Shown here piece after piece: positions 53,322-62,518 of a stretch of DNA of 64,000 nt. A program made the translations under genes and the position numbers. Below the pieces are notes generated by a model, which was not told where the DNA came from, did not search any database, and worked only from the letters and a program-made list of their open reading frames with translations. This stretch comes from a virus. The stretch lies in the IMG/VR virus record IMGVR_UViG_640753038_000002; one strand, written 5' to 3'. The number at the start of each line of letters is the position of its first letter. The stretch's first letter is position 1.

Positions 53322-53404
53322 GTCGGTAGCGCACCCCTCACGCTACCCGACAGTGAAGGGGGTCGCCGACCCCAAGCCCCCCCGCCCAATGGCGATCCCC
53401 TTCA
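53322..53404 (+). ncRNA. Candidate two-hairpin small RNA with C-rich loops
   Basis: GTCGGTAGCG/CGCTACCCGAC stem (loop CACCCCTCA) and TGAAGGGGGTCGCC/GGCGATCCCCTTCA stem (C-rich 23-nt loop). Confidence 0.4.
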
Positions 53405-53440
53405 TTTCCTCTTTAGGCAATCAAACGCAGGGCCTGAAAA

Positions 53441-53644
53441 ATGGGAACGCTCGAATTCCACTTTAGCAACAGCGACCGGACCTTGATCGAAAGAGCGCAG
53501 CGCGGCGACGCCCTTTCGCCGAACGATGAAGAACGCCTTTCGCTCTTGAACGCCTTCGCGGCGCTCAATTCCGAACTTTCGGAAAAACCAGACCAGCAAA
53601 TTAGCCGTGATGGATACGGCGTTGAAGACGGTTCAAAGCAATGA
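53441..53644 (+). CDS. Hypothetical protein
   Basis: 67 aa, coupled to the next gene. Confidence 0.5.
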   Translation: MGTLEFHFSNSDRTLIERAQRGDALSPNDEERLSLLNAFAALNSELSEKPDQQISRDGYGVEDGSKQ

Positions 53645-53874
53645 ATACGAACGCATTCGCCATCAAAGAAGGTGGTCAAATCAAGATCGAAACTGTTTCG
53701 CCGAACGAACGCGGCGCAAAGGTAAACTGGCTTTGCGTTAACGGTTGGATGGTCTATGCGCGCGTTTCTGACGCCGAAATCGACCAAGCATTCGGCCAGT
53801 TCCAGAAAGCGCGCGATGGCAAGCCCAATTGCCCGCAGTTGGTCCCGGTCGCCGTACTTGAAGGTGCGGCATGA
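53641..53874 (+). CDS. Hypothetical protein
   Basis: 77 aa, ATGA overlaps. Confidence 0.6.
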   Translation: MNTNAFAIKEGGQIKIETVSPNERGAKVNWLCVNGWMVYARVSDAEIDQAFGQFQKARDGKPNCPQLVPVAVLEGAA

Positions 53875-54797
53875 TCTACGAACACGCGGACGGACTATAT
53901 TTCGGCCTTGAGGACGCGATCTATCACGCCGATCCGGCGTTAGGATCGACCAACCACAAGATGCTTGCCGTTTCACCGGAAGGCTATTGGCACGGCTCGA
54001 ATTACAATCCGGCGCGTCCGTCCGATAAGGACACCGACGCCCGCGCTCTTGGGCGCGGCGTCCATAAGGCGGCGCTAGAAGGTCTTTCCGAGTTTCGAAA
54101 GAACTTCGTCCGTAGGCCGGAGAACTTCGAACGCCTGACGGAAAAGTCGAGGGCGCTCCTTGCGCCGCGCGGCGAAACAATTCTTTCCGGCGCGAATTAC
54201 GACCGCGCGCTTTTGGCATCAGCAATGATCCGGGCGCATCCCGATCTTGTAAATTCGCTGGACGGCGGTGCGCCGGAAGTTTCGATCTTCTGGACTATTG
54301 AAGTCGATGGAAAACCTGTTCGATGCAAAGGTCGCTTCGACTTCCTCAAGCCGCGAGCAATCGTTGACCTCAAGTCGATTTCGATAACGCAACCGCATCC
54401 TTTTCAGGTGCTTTGCATCCGGGCAATTCGCCGTTTCCGGTATCTGGTTCAAACCGGGCTTTATCTTGAGGGGCGAAAGCTGGTCCGCCAATTCATTCGC
54501 GAAGGCCGAGTTTACGGCGACGCGCCGCCTGAATTGGTCGAGCGGCTTGGCGAGGAAAAGGAATTCGCCTTCGTCTTTATCTTTTGGGCTTCGGACGGCC
54601 CGCCTCTGGTTTGGTCTACTCAAATCTCACCGGGCAATCCGATCCTTGCCGATAGCTACAGCATCATCGAGCAAGCCCGCATCAACTTCGTCAACTATCG
54701 CGAACGTTTCGGCACCGAAGCCCTTTGGCTGGATTACCAGCCGCTTGCGGAGCTTACCGCAAGCGACTTCGAAGGCGCTTACGGCGGCAACTGGTAA
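53871..54797 (+). CDS. RecE/exonuclease VIII-like PD-(D/E)XK nuclease (DUF3799-like)
   Basis: YHADPALGST...LGRGVH...PEVSIFW...CKGRFDFL...IVDLKS...Y.VQ..LY. Confidence 0.85.
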   Translation: MIYEHADGLYFGLEDAIYHADPALGSTNHKMLAVSPEGYWHGSNYNPARPSDKDTDARALGRGVHKAALEGLSEFRKNFVRRPENFERLTEKSRALLAPRGETILSGANYDRALLASAMIRAHPDLVNSLDGGAPEVSIFWTIEVDGKPVRCKGRFDFLKPRAIVDLKSISITQPHPFQVLCIRAIRRFRYLVQTGLYLEGRKLVRQFIREGRVYGDAPPELVERLGEEKEFAFVFIFWASDGPPLVWSTQISPGNPILADSYSIIEQARINFVNYRERFGTEALWLDYQPLAELTASDFEGAYGGNW

Positions 54798-54813
54798 AAA
54801 GGAGAAAACAAGA

Positions 54814-55560
54814 ATGGAAGTGACTGCTAAGCACAACGAACCGCCGCTTTCGGATCGTCTGGCAATCGACCATGAAACTCTGACCGAACGTGTCGCCGAC
54901 CTTCTCACTTTGGCGCGAGAAACGATCCCGGCAGAAATCACAACCGACGATGAAAACAGTAAAATCGGCGATGTTGTGAAGGGAATTCGCAAGCTCCTGA
55001 CGGAAATTGCTAATGCGAAGGACACCGAAAAGCGTCCGCATCTCGACGCTAACAAAATCATCGAAGACTTCTTCAAAACGCTAACCGAACGGCTGACAAA
55101 AGGCCGCGACGTGATTGAGGCGCGCGGAAAGAAGTTTCTCGACAAGAAGGCGGCGGACGAACGCCAGCGCCGCGAAGATGCCGCGCAGGCAGCGCGTGAA
55201 GAAGCGGAACGCAAGCTTCAAGAAGCGCAGGTTGCCGAAGATCAAGGCAAAGACGTTCATGCTGAAATCAAGCTGGAACAGGCCACGCAAGCCGACCGGC
55301 GAGCGCAGATTATTGAGAAGGCAGTAGACGAAAGCGCCGCCGACATGGCCCGCACTCGGCTTGCTGGCGGCGGTGTATCGACGCTCCGCACGACGTGGAA
55401 TTTCACTGTCGAAGACCACGCGAACGTCGATTTGAACGCTCTGCGCTCCTTCTTCTCAAACTCCGATATCGAAAAAGCAATTCGGGGCTTCGTTCGCTCC
55501 GGTGGTCGGCAACTTCGCGGGGTCAAAATCTATGAAGACACCGCCGCTTCCTACAGGTGA
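54814..55560 (+). CDS. Coiled-coil recombination-module protein (Gp157/Gam-like C-terminus)
   Basis: Long coiled coil; W.FTVED...DIEKAIR.FVR.G.RQL.GVKIYE end; AGGAG RBS. Confidence 0.55.
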   Translation: MEVTAKHNEPPLSDRLAIDHETLTERVADLLTLARETIPAEITTDDENSKIGDVVKGIRKLLTEIANAKDTEKRPHLDANKIIEDFFKTLTERLTKGRDVIEARGKKFLDKKAADERQRREDAAQAAREEAERKLQEAQVAEDQGKDVHAEIKLEQATQADRRAQIIEKAVDESAADMARTRLAGGGVSTLRTTWNFTVEDHANVDLNALRSFFSNSDIEKAIRGFVRSGGRQLRGVKIYEDTAASYR

Positions 55561-55563
55561 TTA

Positions 55564-56205
55564 ATGGAACCGCAGGCAAAATATTTGACGTTCGACACTG
55601 AAACGAACGGCCTTTTCAACTTCAAGCTTCCGGCGGACGCCGAAGGTCAGCCGCGCCTTGCGCACCTTGCTATGATTTGGGCCGACGAAGACGGCAACGA
55701 AATCAAGCGCAAGGATTATTATATCCGGCCCGATGGCTGGACCATGCCGCAGGGGCCGGGATCAGCAGGCGCGGTCAATGGTTTGACTGACGAATTCCTT
55801 ATGGAAAACGGCGGTCATATCGATGCGGTTCTTCACGCCTACACTCGTGAAATTGAGCGCGGCTTGATCGCGGTAGCCTTCAACGCACAATACGACCTCA
55901 AGATCATGCGCGGCGAATTGCGCCGCGCCGGTATGCCTGACCTCTTCGAAAAGACGCTGAATATTTGCGTCATGCGTCCGATGACCGGCCTTTGCCAACT
56001 GCCTAAGCGGAACGGTTTTGGCTTCAAGTTTCCGAAGCTCTCCGAAGCCCTGGAATATTTCGGACATTCGCTGGAAGGCGCTCACCAAGCGATCAATGAC
56101 GCCGAAGGCGCTCTTATCGTCATGCGGGAATTGATGCGTATCGGTCGCCTACCCGAACCGGCGGTTCACTACGCGAAGAACCGGCCCGACGAAGCCGCCG
56201 CTTAA
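55564..56205 (+). CDS. DEDDh 3'-5' exonuclease (DnaQ-like)
   Basis: FDTETNG, VAFNAQYD, PKLSEA, AH.A..DA. Confidence 0.9.
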   Translation: MEPQAKYLTFDTETNGLFNFKLPADAEGQPRLAHLAMIWADEDGNEIKRKDYYIRPDGWTMPQGPGSAGAVNGLTDEFLMENGGHIDAVLHAYTREIERGLIAVAFNAQYDLKIMRGELRRAGMPDLFEKTLNICVMRPMTGLCQLPKRNGFGFKFPKLSEALEYFGHSLEGAHQAINDAEGALIVMRELMRIGRLPEPAVHYAKNRPDEAAA

Positions 56206-56234
56206 TCCGAAATCGACAGACAGGAGGCCCCGAA

Positions 56235-57410
56235 ATGTCGGGACAGGAAATAACTACCCAAGATGGTGAGATTGTTGAAAGCACGACGGTTTCCGTTGCT
56301 GCCGAAGGCTCAAATCTTAGCCTTATCGTTCGCGCAGAAATTGACGCGCAAATCGTCACGGCAAAGCGCTTTCCGCGCGTCCTTAGCCGAGTGATTAGCA
56401 ATATCACGACACTTGCGACGCTGGACGAAGAAACCGCGTCCGAAATGCTTTACGCGCTCGTTCGCAAGAAAAAGCAGAAGAACAAGAACGCGCAGGCGAA
56501 GGACGAAGAGAACAAGCCCATTGAAGGGCCTAGCATTCGTCTGGCGGAGGTCGCCGCGCAACAATGGGGCAACTGCCGCATTGAAGCCCGCGTTATCGAC
56601 GTCAACCGCACGGAAAAATATGTCGAAGCGGAAGGCATATTTATGGACCTTGAAACGAACATGGCGTCGAAAGCCACTGTTCGCCGCAGGATTTCGACAA
56701 GCAGCGGGTTCCTGTTTTCCGATGACATGATCAACGTTACGTCGAACGCAGCCTGCGCCATTGCCAAGCGTAATGCGATCTTGGCGGGCATTCCGCGCGG
56801 CGTATATCGGCAGGCGTATATCGAAGCCCGGAAGCTTGTCGCCGGAACGGCTGAAACGCTGTCTTCGAACCGCGAGAAGGCAATCAAGGCGTTTGCTACC
56901 TTCGGTGTAACGCCGGAACAGATTTTCGAAGTCCTTGGCGTCGAAGGCGAGCGCGATATCAAGACGGATCATATCGCAACGCTCCGCGCGTTGTTCGCCA
57001 CGCTCAAGAGCGGCGAAGCGACGGTCGAAGAAACCTTCGGCAAGGCGGAGCCGGACCACAAGGCGGTTACAAATCCTCTTGACGACAAGCCGTCCGACGA
57101 TGCTGCCGCGAACGGCAACGAAGAAGCCGCGACGGCTGAAAAAGCCAGTTCTGACGCTAAGGAAGAACAGCAGGGCGACGCCAAGGACGCCGAAGCCTCT
57201 GTCGAAACTGCCGCCGCTAAGACACCGGAAGAAATTGCCGCCGAAACCGACGCCGCCTATGCGCGCGGCGAAGAGGCAAAGGCGAAAGGTATGCCGCCCA
57301 AAGCTATGCCTTCCGATTTCAAAAAGGCCGGGCATGAACATCAAGCCGAAGCTTGGACCGCTGGCTATGAGGGCCGCGATCTTCGCGAAGCCGGATCGGA
57401 AGAGGAATAG
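56235..57410 (+). CDS. Putative single-strand annealing protein/recombinase of unassigned family
   Basis: EIDAQI.TAKRFPR...IEGPSIRLAE....WGN core plus acidic low-complexity tail; in the recombination module. Confidence 0.55.
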   Translation: MSGQEITTQDGEIVESTTVSVAAEGSNLSLIVRAEIDAQIVTAKRFPRVLSRVISNITTLATLDEETASEMLYALVRKKKQKNKNAQAKDEENKPIEGPSIRLAEVAAQQWGNCRIEARVIDVNRTEKYVEAEGIFMDLETNMASKATVRRRISTSSGFLFSDDMINVTSNAACAIAKRNAILAGIPRGVYRQAYIEARKLVAGTAETLSSNREKAIKAFATFGVTPEQIFEVLGVEGERDIKTDHIATLRALFATLKSGEATVEETFGKAEPDHKAVTNPLDDKPSDDAAANGNEEAATAEKASSDAKEEQQGDAKDAEASVETAAAKTPEEIAAETDAAYARGEEAKAKGMPPKAMPSDFKKAGHEHQAEAWTAGYEGRDLREAGSEEE

Positions 57411-57413
57411 GCC

Positions 57414-57758
57414 ATGAAGATCGCTGCCAGAATAGACAAGGGAACTTACCTTGTGGAAATGACGACTATCGAAGTCGCCCGCGCTGCTGGTTTCACTGAC
57501 GATTGGGATAGTGAATTCAACAAAGCAGCAGGTCAGTACGTTCGCGAAAATGGTTTGCGGATAGGCACGCAAATTGAAGTGAACGCAGCCTATACGTTCC
57601 ACCGCAGGATTTCGGAGAATTCCGAAAAGGCAAAGAACTCCGCGAATGTTCTACGGGCGCTTGCGGAAATGCTCGAAAGTGGATTGCCGCACGTAGTTCT
57701 TCCGCCTGCCGAAGAAACGCCAAAGCCCGAAGGGGCTGGCGGGGCTGGTGTCGAATGA
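57414..57758 (+). CDS. Hypothetical protein
   Basis: 114 aa, GAGG RBS. Confidence 0.6.
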   Translation: MKIAARIDKGTYLVEMTTIEVARAAGFTDDWDSEFNKAAGQYVRENGLRIGTQIEVNAAYTFHRRISENSEKAKNSANVLRALAEMLESGLPHVVLPPAEETPKPEGAGGAGVE

Positions 57759-58099
57759 CGGCCAACGCAAAGCCAGCGGAAGCAATCGAGTTTTCGACGC
57801 GCGCTTCCGAAGTCCTTGATCGGTCGATTTCAATCCACCGCGCCGCGATCCGGCGCAACGCTGACAGGCTTCGGACGATCCAGACGGATCGGGCCGAAGC
57901 GGTCGCCCGGATTGACGACGAACTCTTCGAAGCGGAACGCGCCTTCATTGAAAAGAAAAAGCGGCTCTTGGGCGAAAAGGCGGACTTCTGCGCTCACGCA
58001 GACAAGGAAATCGCCGCGCTTACTCGCCTGACGGAAGCGAGCAAACTTGCCCTTGGTGAGCTTGTCCGCGCGGAAGGGGATAGCGATGCAAAAGTCTGA
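57755..58099 (+). CDS. Hypothetical coiled-coil protein
   Basis: ATGA-coupled 114-aa ORF. Confidence 0.6.
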   Translation: MTANAKPAEAIEFSTRASEVLDRSISIHRAAIRRNADRLRTIQTDRAEAVARIDDELFEAERAFIEKKKRLLGEKADFCAHADKEIAALTRLTEASKLALGELVRAEGDSDAKV

Positions 58100-58370
58100 C
58101 TGCTTGCATTGCCGTCTTCTCCAAACGGTCAATGATTTCGCCGAAGAATTCGGAAGTGAGGAACAGCCGCTTAACCTGTCCGAAATTCTGACCGACGTCG
58201 CGATTTTTGCGGTTGACCTCATTTGCATGACGGTCAGCGAGCCGGAGCATCGATCCGCAGCGAGCAACGATCTGATGCTTCGGTACGCACACACGTTGCA
58301 TCACCGCTTGAACAATTCGGATGCAAGCGACGGCGAAGAAACGCCGCCGCCGTCAGCGGTCCATCACTGA
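58086..58370 (+). CDS. Hypothetical protein
   Basis: MQKSDCLHC...; GGGA RBS. Confidence 0.55.
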   Translation: MQKSDCLHCRLLQTVNDFAEEFGSEEQPLNLSEILTDVAIFAVDLICMTVSEPEHRSAASNDLMLRYAHTLHHRLNNSDASDGEETPPPSAVHH

Positions 58371-58400
58371 TCCCAAAGCCATAAAAAGGAGTTCTAGAAC

Positions 58401-58614
58401 TATGGCGAACGAAAAAGGCATCGCAGTAACGATCAAGGGCTTTATCCCGGTCAATCCGCAAGACCTTGAGGGCCACAGCAAGGCTATTGCGGTCGCGTTG
58501 CAGGCCAAGAACGGTGATTTCGCCGCTTTGAAAAGCCCGGATATCGAATTCCGCGTTGAAGAATTCAGCGCTGACCCGGTGACACGCCGTTCGAAAGATA
58601 CGGCTTCCGAATAA
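58401..58614 (+). CDS. Hypothetical protein
   Basis: MANEKGIAVTIKGFIP...; AGGAG RBS; start read as about 58402. Confidence 0.55.
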
Positions 58615-58665
58615 CCAGAAACGGCGACCGCGCTATGCGGTCGCCAATACATCGGGGCGAATTGA

Positions 58666-58872
58666 ATGGAACGGTTTAGCGCGCAGGAAAAGCTTGCGGA
58701 GTTAGAACGCGAAATCACCTTCCGGCACAGAACCTATAGCCGGTTGGTCAAAGCGGGGAAAATGAAGCTTCCCGAAGCGCAGCGCCGAATTCAACTCTTG
58801 ACCGATATCGCCAACGACTACCGGAACGCGGCTTCGAATGAGCCGGACCTTTTCAAGAGGAAGATCACATGA
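58666..58872 (+). CDS. Hypothetical phage protein
   Basis: EKLAELEREI.FR...Y.RLV..GKM pattern. Confidence 0.7.
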   Translation: MERFSAQEKLAELEREITFRHRTYSRLVKAGKMKLPEAQRRIQLLTDIANDYRNAASNEPDLFKRKIT

Positions 58873-59180
58873 GCGATGCAATGAACAAGTTTGCCGGAAA
58901 AGAAGACGCGATGAAACTTGTCATGGATGAAGTTCGAGGCGAACTGGAAGAGCTTTACGAGCGTTTTGCCGCCCGTCTCAAGGTTGCCCTTGGAGATAAG
59001 TTTCACCACAACGACCCCGTTGTCGGCTTGGGTATGGCGTTTGGGATCGCTCTTGGCGGTCAGATTTATAAACAACAGGAAGTGCCAGAATTGATGCGAG
59101 CGCTTTTCGCCGAGCGCATCTTTTCCGATACGAAACAATTTGGCGTGTCCGCCGCAGCGTTCGGGCTGAAAAATGGTTGA
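58869..59180 (+). CDS. Hypothetical protein
   Basis: ATGA-coupled 103-aa ORF. Confidence 0.6.
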   Translation: MSDAMNKFAGKEDAMKLVMDEVRGELEELYERFAARLKVALGDKFHHNDPVVGLGMAFGIALGGQIYKQQEVPELMRALFAERIFSDTKQFGVSAAAFGLKNG

Positions 59181-59760
59181 AGTCGCTGCTTATCCGCTCA
59201 ACTGGCCGGAAACGATGCCGCGCGCAAAAAACCGCGAAAAAGGCCAGTTTCGTACAACACTATCGGCGGCGCTCAAAAATGTAGAGACGGCCTTGAGCGC
59301 CTTCGGTCGCGACAGTGGTAGGGCGATAGCCGATCTTGTCATTTCGTCCAATGTTACGCTTGGCGTAAGCAGACCCGCCGATCCGGGTGTCGCAATCTGG
59401 TTTCGTTGGGATGGGGAAATGCGCTGCATTGCAGTGGACCGTTACCAGACGGTCGAAGCCAATTTGCAAGCTATTTTCCACGTCCTTGACGCACGCCGAA
59501 CCGAGCTTAGGCACGGCACGCTTGCGCTCGTTCGCGCGACTTTCCAAGGCTTCAAGGCCCTTCCGTCGCCGGGAAAGAGAGAATGGCGCGCCGTATTCAG
59601 CTTCGCGCCGGGGAAGAACCCGCCGGAGGACGAAATAGAAGCGCGTTATCGTGCGCGCGCAAAGCAATTCCATCCTGACGCGCCGGGCGGATCGCATGAG
59701 GCTATGGCCGAACTCAATCGAGCGCGTGAAGAAGCCCTTGCGGAAATTCGGGGTGAATAA
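59173..59760 (+). CDS. Phage protein with a C-terminal DnaJ (J) domain
   Basis: AYPL.WP...R; DPGVA.WF...CIAVDRY; Y...AK..HPD..GGS.EAM.ELN.A. Confidence 0.88.
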   Translation: MVEVAAYPLNWPETMPRAKNREKGQFRTTLSAALKNVETALSAFGRDSGRAIADLVISSNVTLGVSRPADPGVAIWFRWDGEMRCIAVDRYQTVEANLQAIFHVLDARRTELRHGTLALVRATFQGFKALPSPGKREWRAVFSFAPGKNPPEDEIEARYRARAKQFHPDAPGGSHEAMAELNRAREEALAEIRGE

Positions 59761-59937
59761 ATGGGAGCCGCGCGTCACTATCTCTTGATCGAAGTTGAAG
59801 GATCGGAAGCCGCTATCGGCGAACTTTGGCGCGAAACTAAAACAATACTCGACAAGCACAAAGTCAGCTTGCGCCGCGCATCACGCGGCGAAATCCCCGA
59901 CCATAAAACGACTTTGAAAGGCGGCTCTAATGCCTAG
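59761..59937 (+). CDS. Hypothetical protein (58 aa)
   Basis: Own translation; fills the gap between flanking genes exactly. Confidence 0.45.
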   Translation: MGAARHYLLIEVEGSEAAIGELWRETKTILDKHKVSLRRASRGEIPDHKTTLKGGSNA

Positions 59938-60181
59938 GGTTTCGCTGCTTACCTTACCTTTTCTCGCGGTGTCGCTTTCCGCTTGTGGTGACGGGGATAT
60001 TCAATCGCCGCGCCAAGTTTGTTCTGAGCGTGGACCCGAAAAGTACGTCTATTCGCGAGGCGGTGGCTACCGCTATTCCGACTGTGTGCGCTACGAAATC
60101 CGCTGTCTTGCACCGCTCAAGCTTTTTGAACGGCAGGACGGCAAGCTTGTTTGCCGCCTTGATCCGGGGGTAAGTCAATGA
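59930..60181 (+). CDS. Putative lipoprotein
   Basis: LLTLPFLAVSLSAC lipobox; four further Cys. Confidence 0.65.
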   Translation: MPRVSLLTLPFLAVSLSACGDGDIQSPRQVCSERGPEKYVYSRGGGYRYSDCVRYEIRCLAPLKLFERQDGKLVCRLDPGVSQ

Positions 60182-60987
60182 CGAAAGTAACTGCCGCAGC
60201 AATCAAGGCTGCGCTTCGTCGGTCCTATTCGGAACCTGAATGGGCGATCCTGTTCGAAGTCGGGGACGCTACCGGCGCGCGACATACGCGCTTTGCGGAT
60301 GCGGTCGTAATGTCCTTGTGGCCTTCACGCGGATTGACCGTTACCGGCATGGAAATCAAGGTTTCGCGTAGCGATTGGAACAAGGAACGTTCGCAGCCGG
60401 AGAAGGCCGAAACTATCGCCGCCTTCTGCGATTACTGGACACTGGTTACAGGTCCGGGCGTTGTCCAAGACCTTAGCGAAATACCGCCCGCGTGGGGCTG
60501 GATCGAATACGACGGTACGCGCTTTGCTACGCGGAAGACACCACAGCGAACCGATGCAAAGCCGGTTACACGCGAATTTCTTGCTGCCCTCCTTCGCCGT
60601 GCGTCGAAAGCCGATCAAGCGGAAATTGAAAACGAAATAGCCCGTCGAATGGCAGACAAGGAAGCCCGATTTGAAGAAAGGGTTGAATTGGCGGTTAAGC
60701 GAAGGACGGCGGCGAACGAAAACGCCTTGGCTATTGTCGAACAGTTTGAAGCGGAAAGCGGCATTACGTTCGGTGAATATTCTGCCTTCACCAGCAAGGG
60801 CACCGAAGTAGGCCGGATTACGAAGGCCATTATGGAAAGCGGCATTGATCGTTCTTACAACGGCCTGCACGCTATCGCGGATATGCTTCGCAAAATGTCT
60901 GACCAGCTTGAAAAGGTGATGATCGAACAGGGCCTTGAGCGCAAATCGTCGCCGCCGGAAGCCGCCATTCGTGGTCGCAGAAGATGA
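60178..60987 (+). CDS. MmcB-like PD-(D/E)XK-fold protein
   Basis: W..LFEV...TG....R.ADA....LWPSRG....G.EIKVSRSDW..E...P.K. Confidence 0.75.
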   Translation: MTKVTAAAIKAALRRSYSEPEWAILFEVGDATGARHTRFADAVVMSLWPSRGLTVTGMEIKVSRSDWNKERSQPEKAETIAAFCDYWTLVTGPGVVQDLSEIPPAWGWIEYDGTRFATRKTPQRTDAKPVTREFLAALLRRASKADQAEIENEIARRMADKEARFEERVELAVKRRTAANENALAIVEQFEAESGITFGEYSAFTSKGTEVGRITKAIMESGIDRSYNGLHAIADMLRKMSDQLEKVMIEQGLERKSSPPEAAIRGRRR

Positions 60988-61076
60988 AAAGGCGAGCGTC
61001 AACGCCTGTTCGCTTCCCTTGGTGGTTACTGACCGCCGCCGTTTTCCTATTCTTATTCTGGCAGGTTTTCCAATGA
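60984..61076 (+). CDS. Very small membrane peptide (30 aa)
   Basis: MKRRASTPVRFPWWLLTAAVFLFLFWQVFQ; ATGA overlaps at both ends. Confidence 0.4.
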   Translation: MKRRASTPVRFPWWLLTAAVFLFLFWQVFQ

Positions 61077-61327
61077 GTGAAGATCGCATCAATTGTTCCG
61101 TGCCGTTCTGCCGTCGAACAATCGCCAAGAAGGCATTGCCGCAAGAGCATAACGAATGGATTTGCATGAAGCATTGGCCGCTTGTCCCGGCGGCTCTTCG
61201 CCGCCGTAAGCGGCAGGCCGAAAAGATCGCCAAGCGCAAGAATACCGAAGCGGCATGGCGTCTTGCTTCAATGGTCTGGCAGCATTGCAAACGTGTCGCG
61301 ATTGAGCGCGCAGGGGGCTTGCTGTGA
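61073..61327 (+). CDS. Small Zn-finger protein
   Basis: CSVPFC.RT...WIC.KHW.LVP. Confidence 0.65.
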   Translation: MSEDRINCSVPFCRRTIAKKALPQEHNEWICMKHWPLVPAALRRRKRQAEKIAKRKNTEAAWRLASMVWQHCKRVAIERAGGLL

Positions 61328-61740
61328 AGCGGAAGAAAATGCCTGACCGGGTAAAGCTGATTGCAGCGCTCAAGCGTTTCGGCCTTACGGTCGAACAGGT
61401 CGAGTTCGATCATTCGCCACCGCTCGCATTGCGCGAGGTCGATCCGGCGACGGGCGATACTATCCCACCACAGAATGACCCGAACCACATTTATATGCTG
61501 ACCTTGGACGAACACCGGGAAAAGACATTTGGTCGCGGCGGCACCAAGCGAGCAACGGTAGCAGACGGCGACGTACACAAGATCGCGAAAGCGAAACGCT
61601 TGAATGAAGAACAGCAAACGTTTCGCCGCCGGTTGCTTGAGAGAGACGAAAGCGAGCAACCGAAGCGAACCAGCAAATGGCCGAAGCGGCCTATGGGCAG
61701 GAAAAAGCCGACAAAGGTAAAAGGTCGCAGCCATGAATAA
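61324..61740 (+). CDS. HNH-like protein
   Basis: VEFDH.PPL...NDP.....L....H..KT...D...IAK.KR. Confidence 0.55.
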   Translation: MKRKKMPDRVKLIAALKRFGLTVEQVEFDHSPPLALREVDPATGDTIPPQNDPNHIYMLTLDEHREKTFGRGGTKRATVADGDVHKIAKAKRLNEEQQTFRRRLLERDESEQPKRTSKWPKRPMGRKKPTKVKGRSHE

Positions 61741-62140
61741 AGGTGTCTGGATTGTTTGCGGCGGCAGAAGTTATTTCAACGAAGCGCGCGTCTATCAAAT
61801 CCTTGATGCGGCCCGCGAGCGGCTTGGCTTGGTCTTTGTCGTTGAAGGTGGCGCAACAGGCGCGGACGCCCTTGCGCGTCAATGGCGCGGGGCAAAGTTC
61901 GTAGACGGCGAAACGTTTCCCGCGCATTGGACCGACTTGTCGCATCCTGACGCGGTAATCCGCGAACGGTCAGACGGCACGAAATATGACGCGCTCGCCG
62001 GAGCGCGCAGAAACCAGAAGATGCTTGAAGAGGCGCAACCCGAAGGCGTCATCGCCTTTCGGGGCGGGCCGGGAACGCACGATATGATTAAGCGCGCAGA
62101 GAAGGCGGGCTTGCGCGTAATTCGGATCGATTGGGAATAG
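61733..62140 (+). CDS. SLOG-family protein (DUF2493/YspA-like)
   Basis: VCGGRSY...EGGATGAD.LA..W...AG.RRNQ.ML......VIAF.GG.GT.DMI.RA..AG. Confidence 0.85.
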   Translation: MNKGVWIVCGGRSYFNEARVYQILDAARERLGLVFVVEGGATGADALARQWRGAKFVDGETFPAHWTDLSHPDAVIRERSDGTKYDALAGARRNQKMLEEAQPEGVIAFRGGPGTHDMIKRAEKAGLRVIRIDWE

Positions 62141-62142
62141 AA

Positions 62143-62505
62143 ATGACGGAAGACGAAGACAAAATCACAAAGCTGCCGATCAAGTTCAAATCCCCACCGG
62201 GCGAAGACGAACCGATGTTAAAAATCGTCAGCCATGAACCCGGCGTTTGCAACCACGCTTGGCAATTCCGCAACGGGCGACAAATCCATGCCACTTACTT
62301 TATTCGCGAGGGCGAAACCGAAGTCGAATGCAGCCTTTGCGGAACCCGTCTCGACCCCATGTTCGTACTGCGCAAATTGGCCCAAGCGGAAAACAGGTGG
62401 CAGGCGTCAAGGGAGCGATATCAAGATGAAATGAAACGGCTAAGCGAGCGGACCCGCACTAAATGCAAACACTGCGGACAGATGACGCCGATTAGCCGCA
62501 AATAG
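62143..62505 (+). CDS. Zn-binding hypothetical protein
   Basis: C.H, CSLC and CKHC motifs. Confidence 0.65.
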   Translation: MTEDEDKITKLPIKFKSPPGEDEPMLKIVSHEPGVCNHAWQFRNGRQIHATYFIREGETEVECSLCGTRLDPMFVLRKLAQAENRWQASRERYQDEMKRLSERTRTKCKHCGQMTPISRK

Positions 62506-62518
62506 AAAGCGCGAAAAA

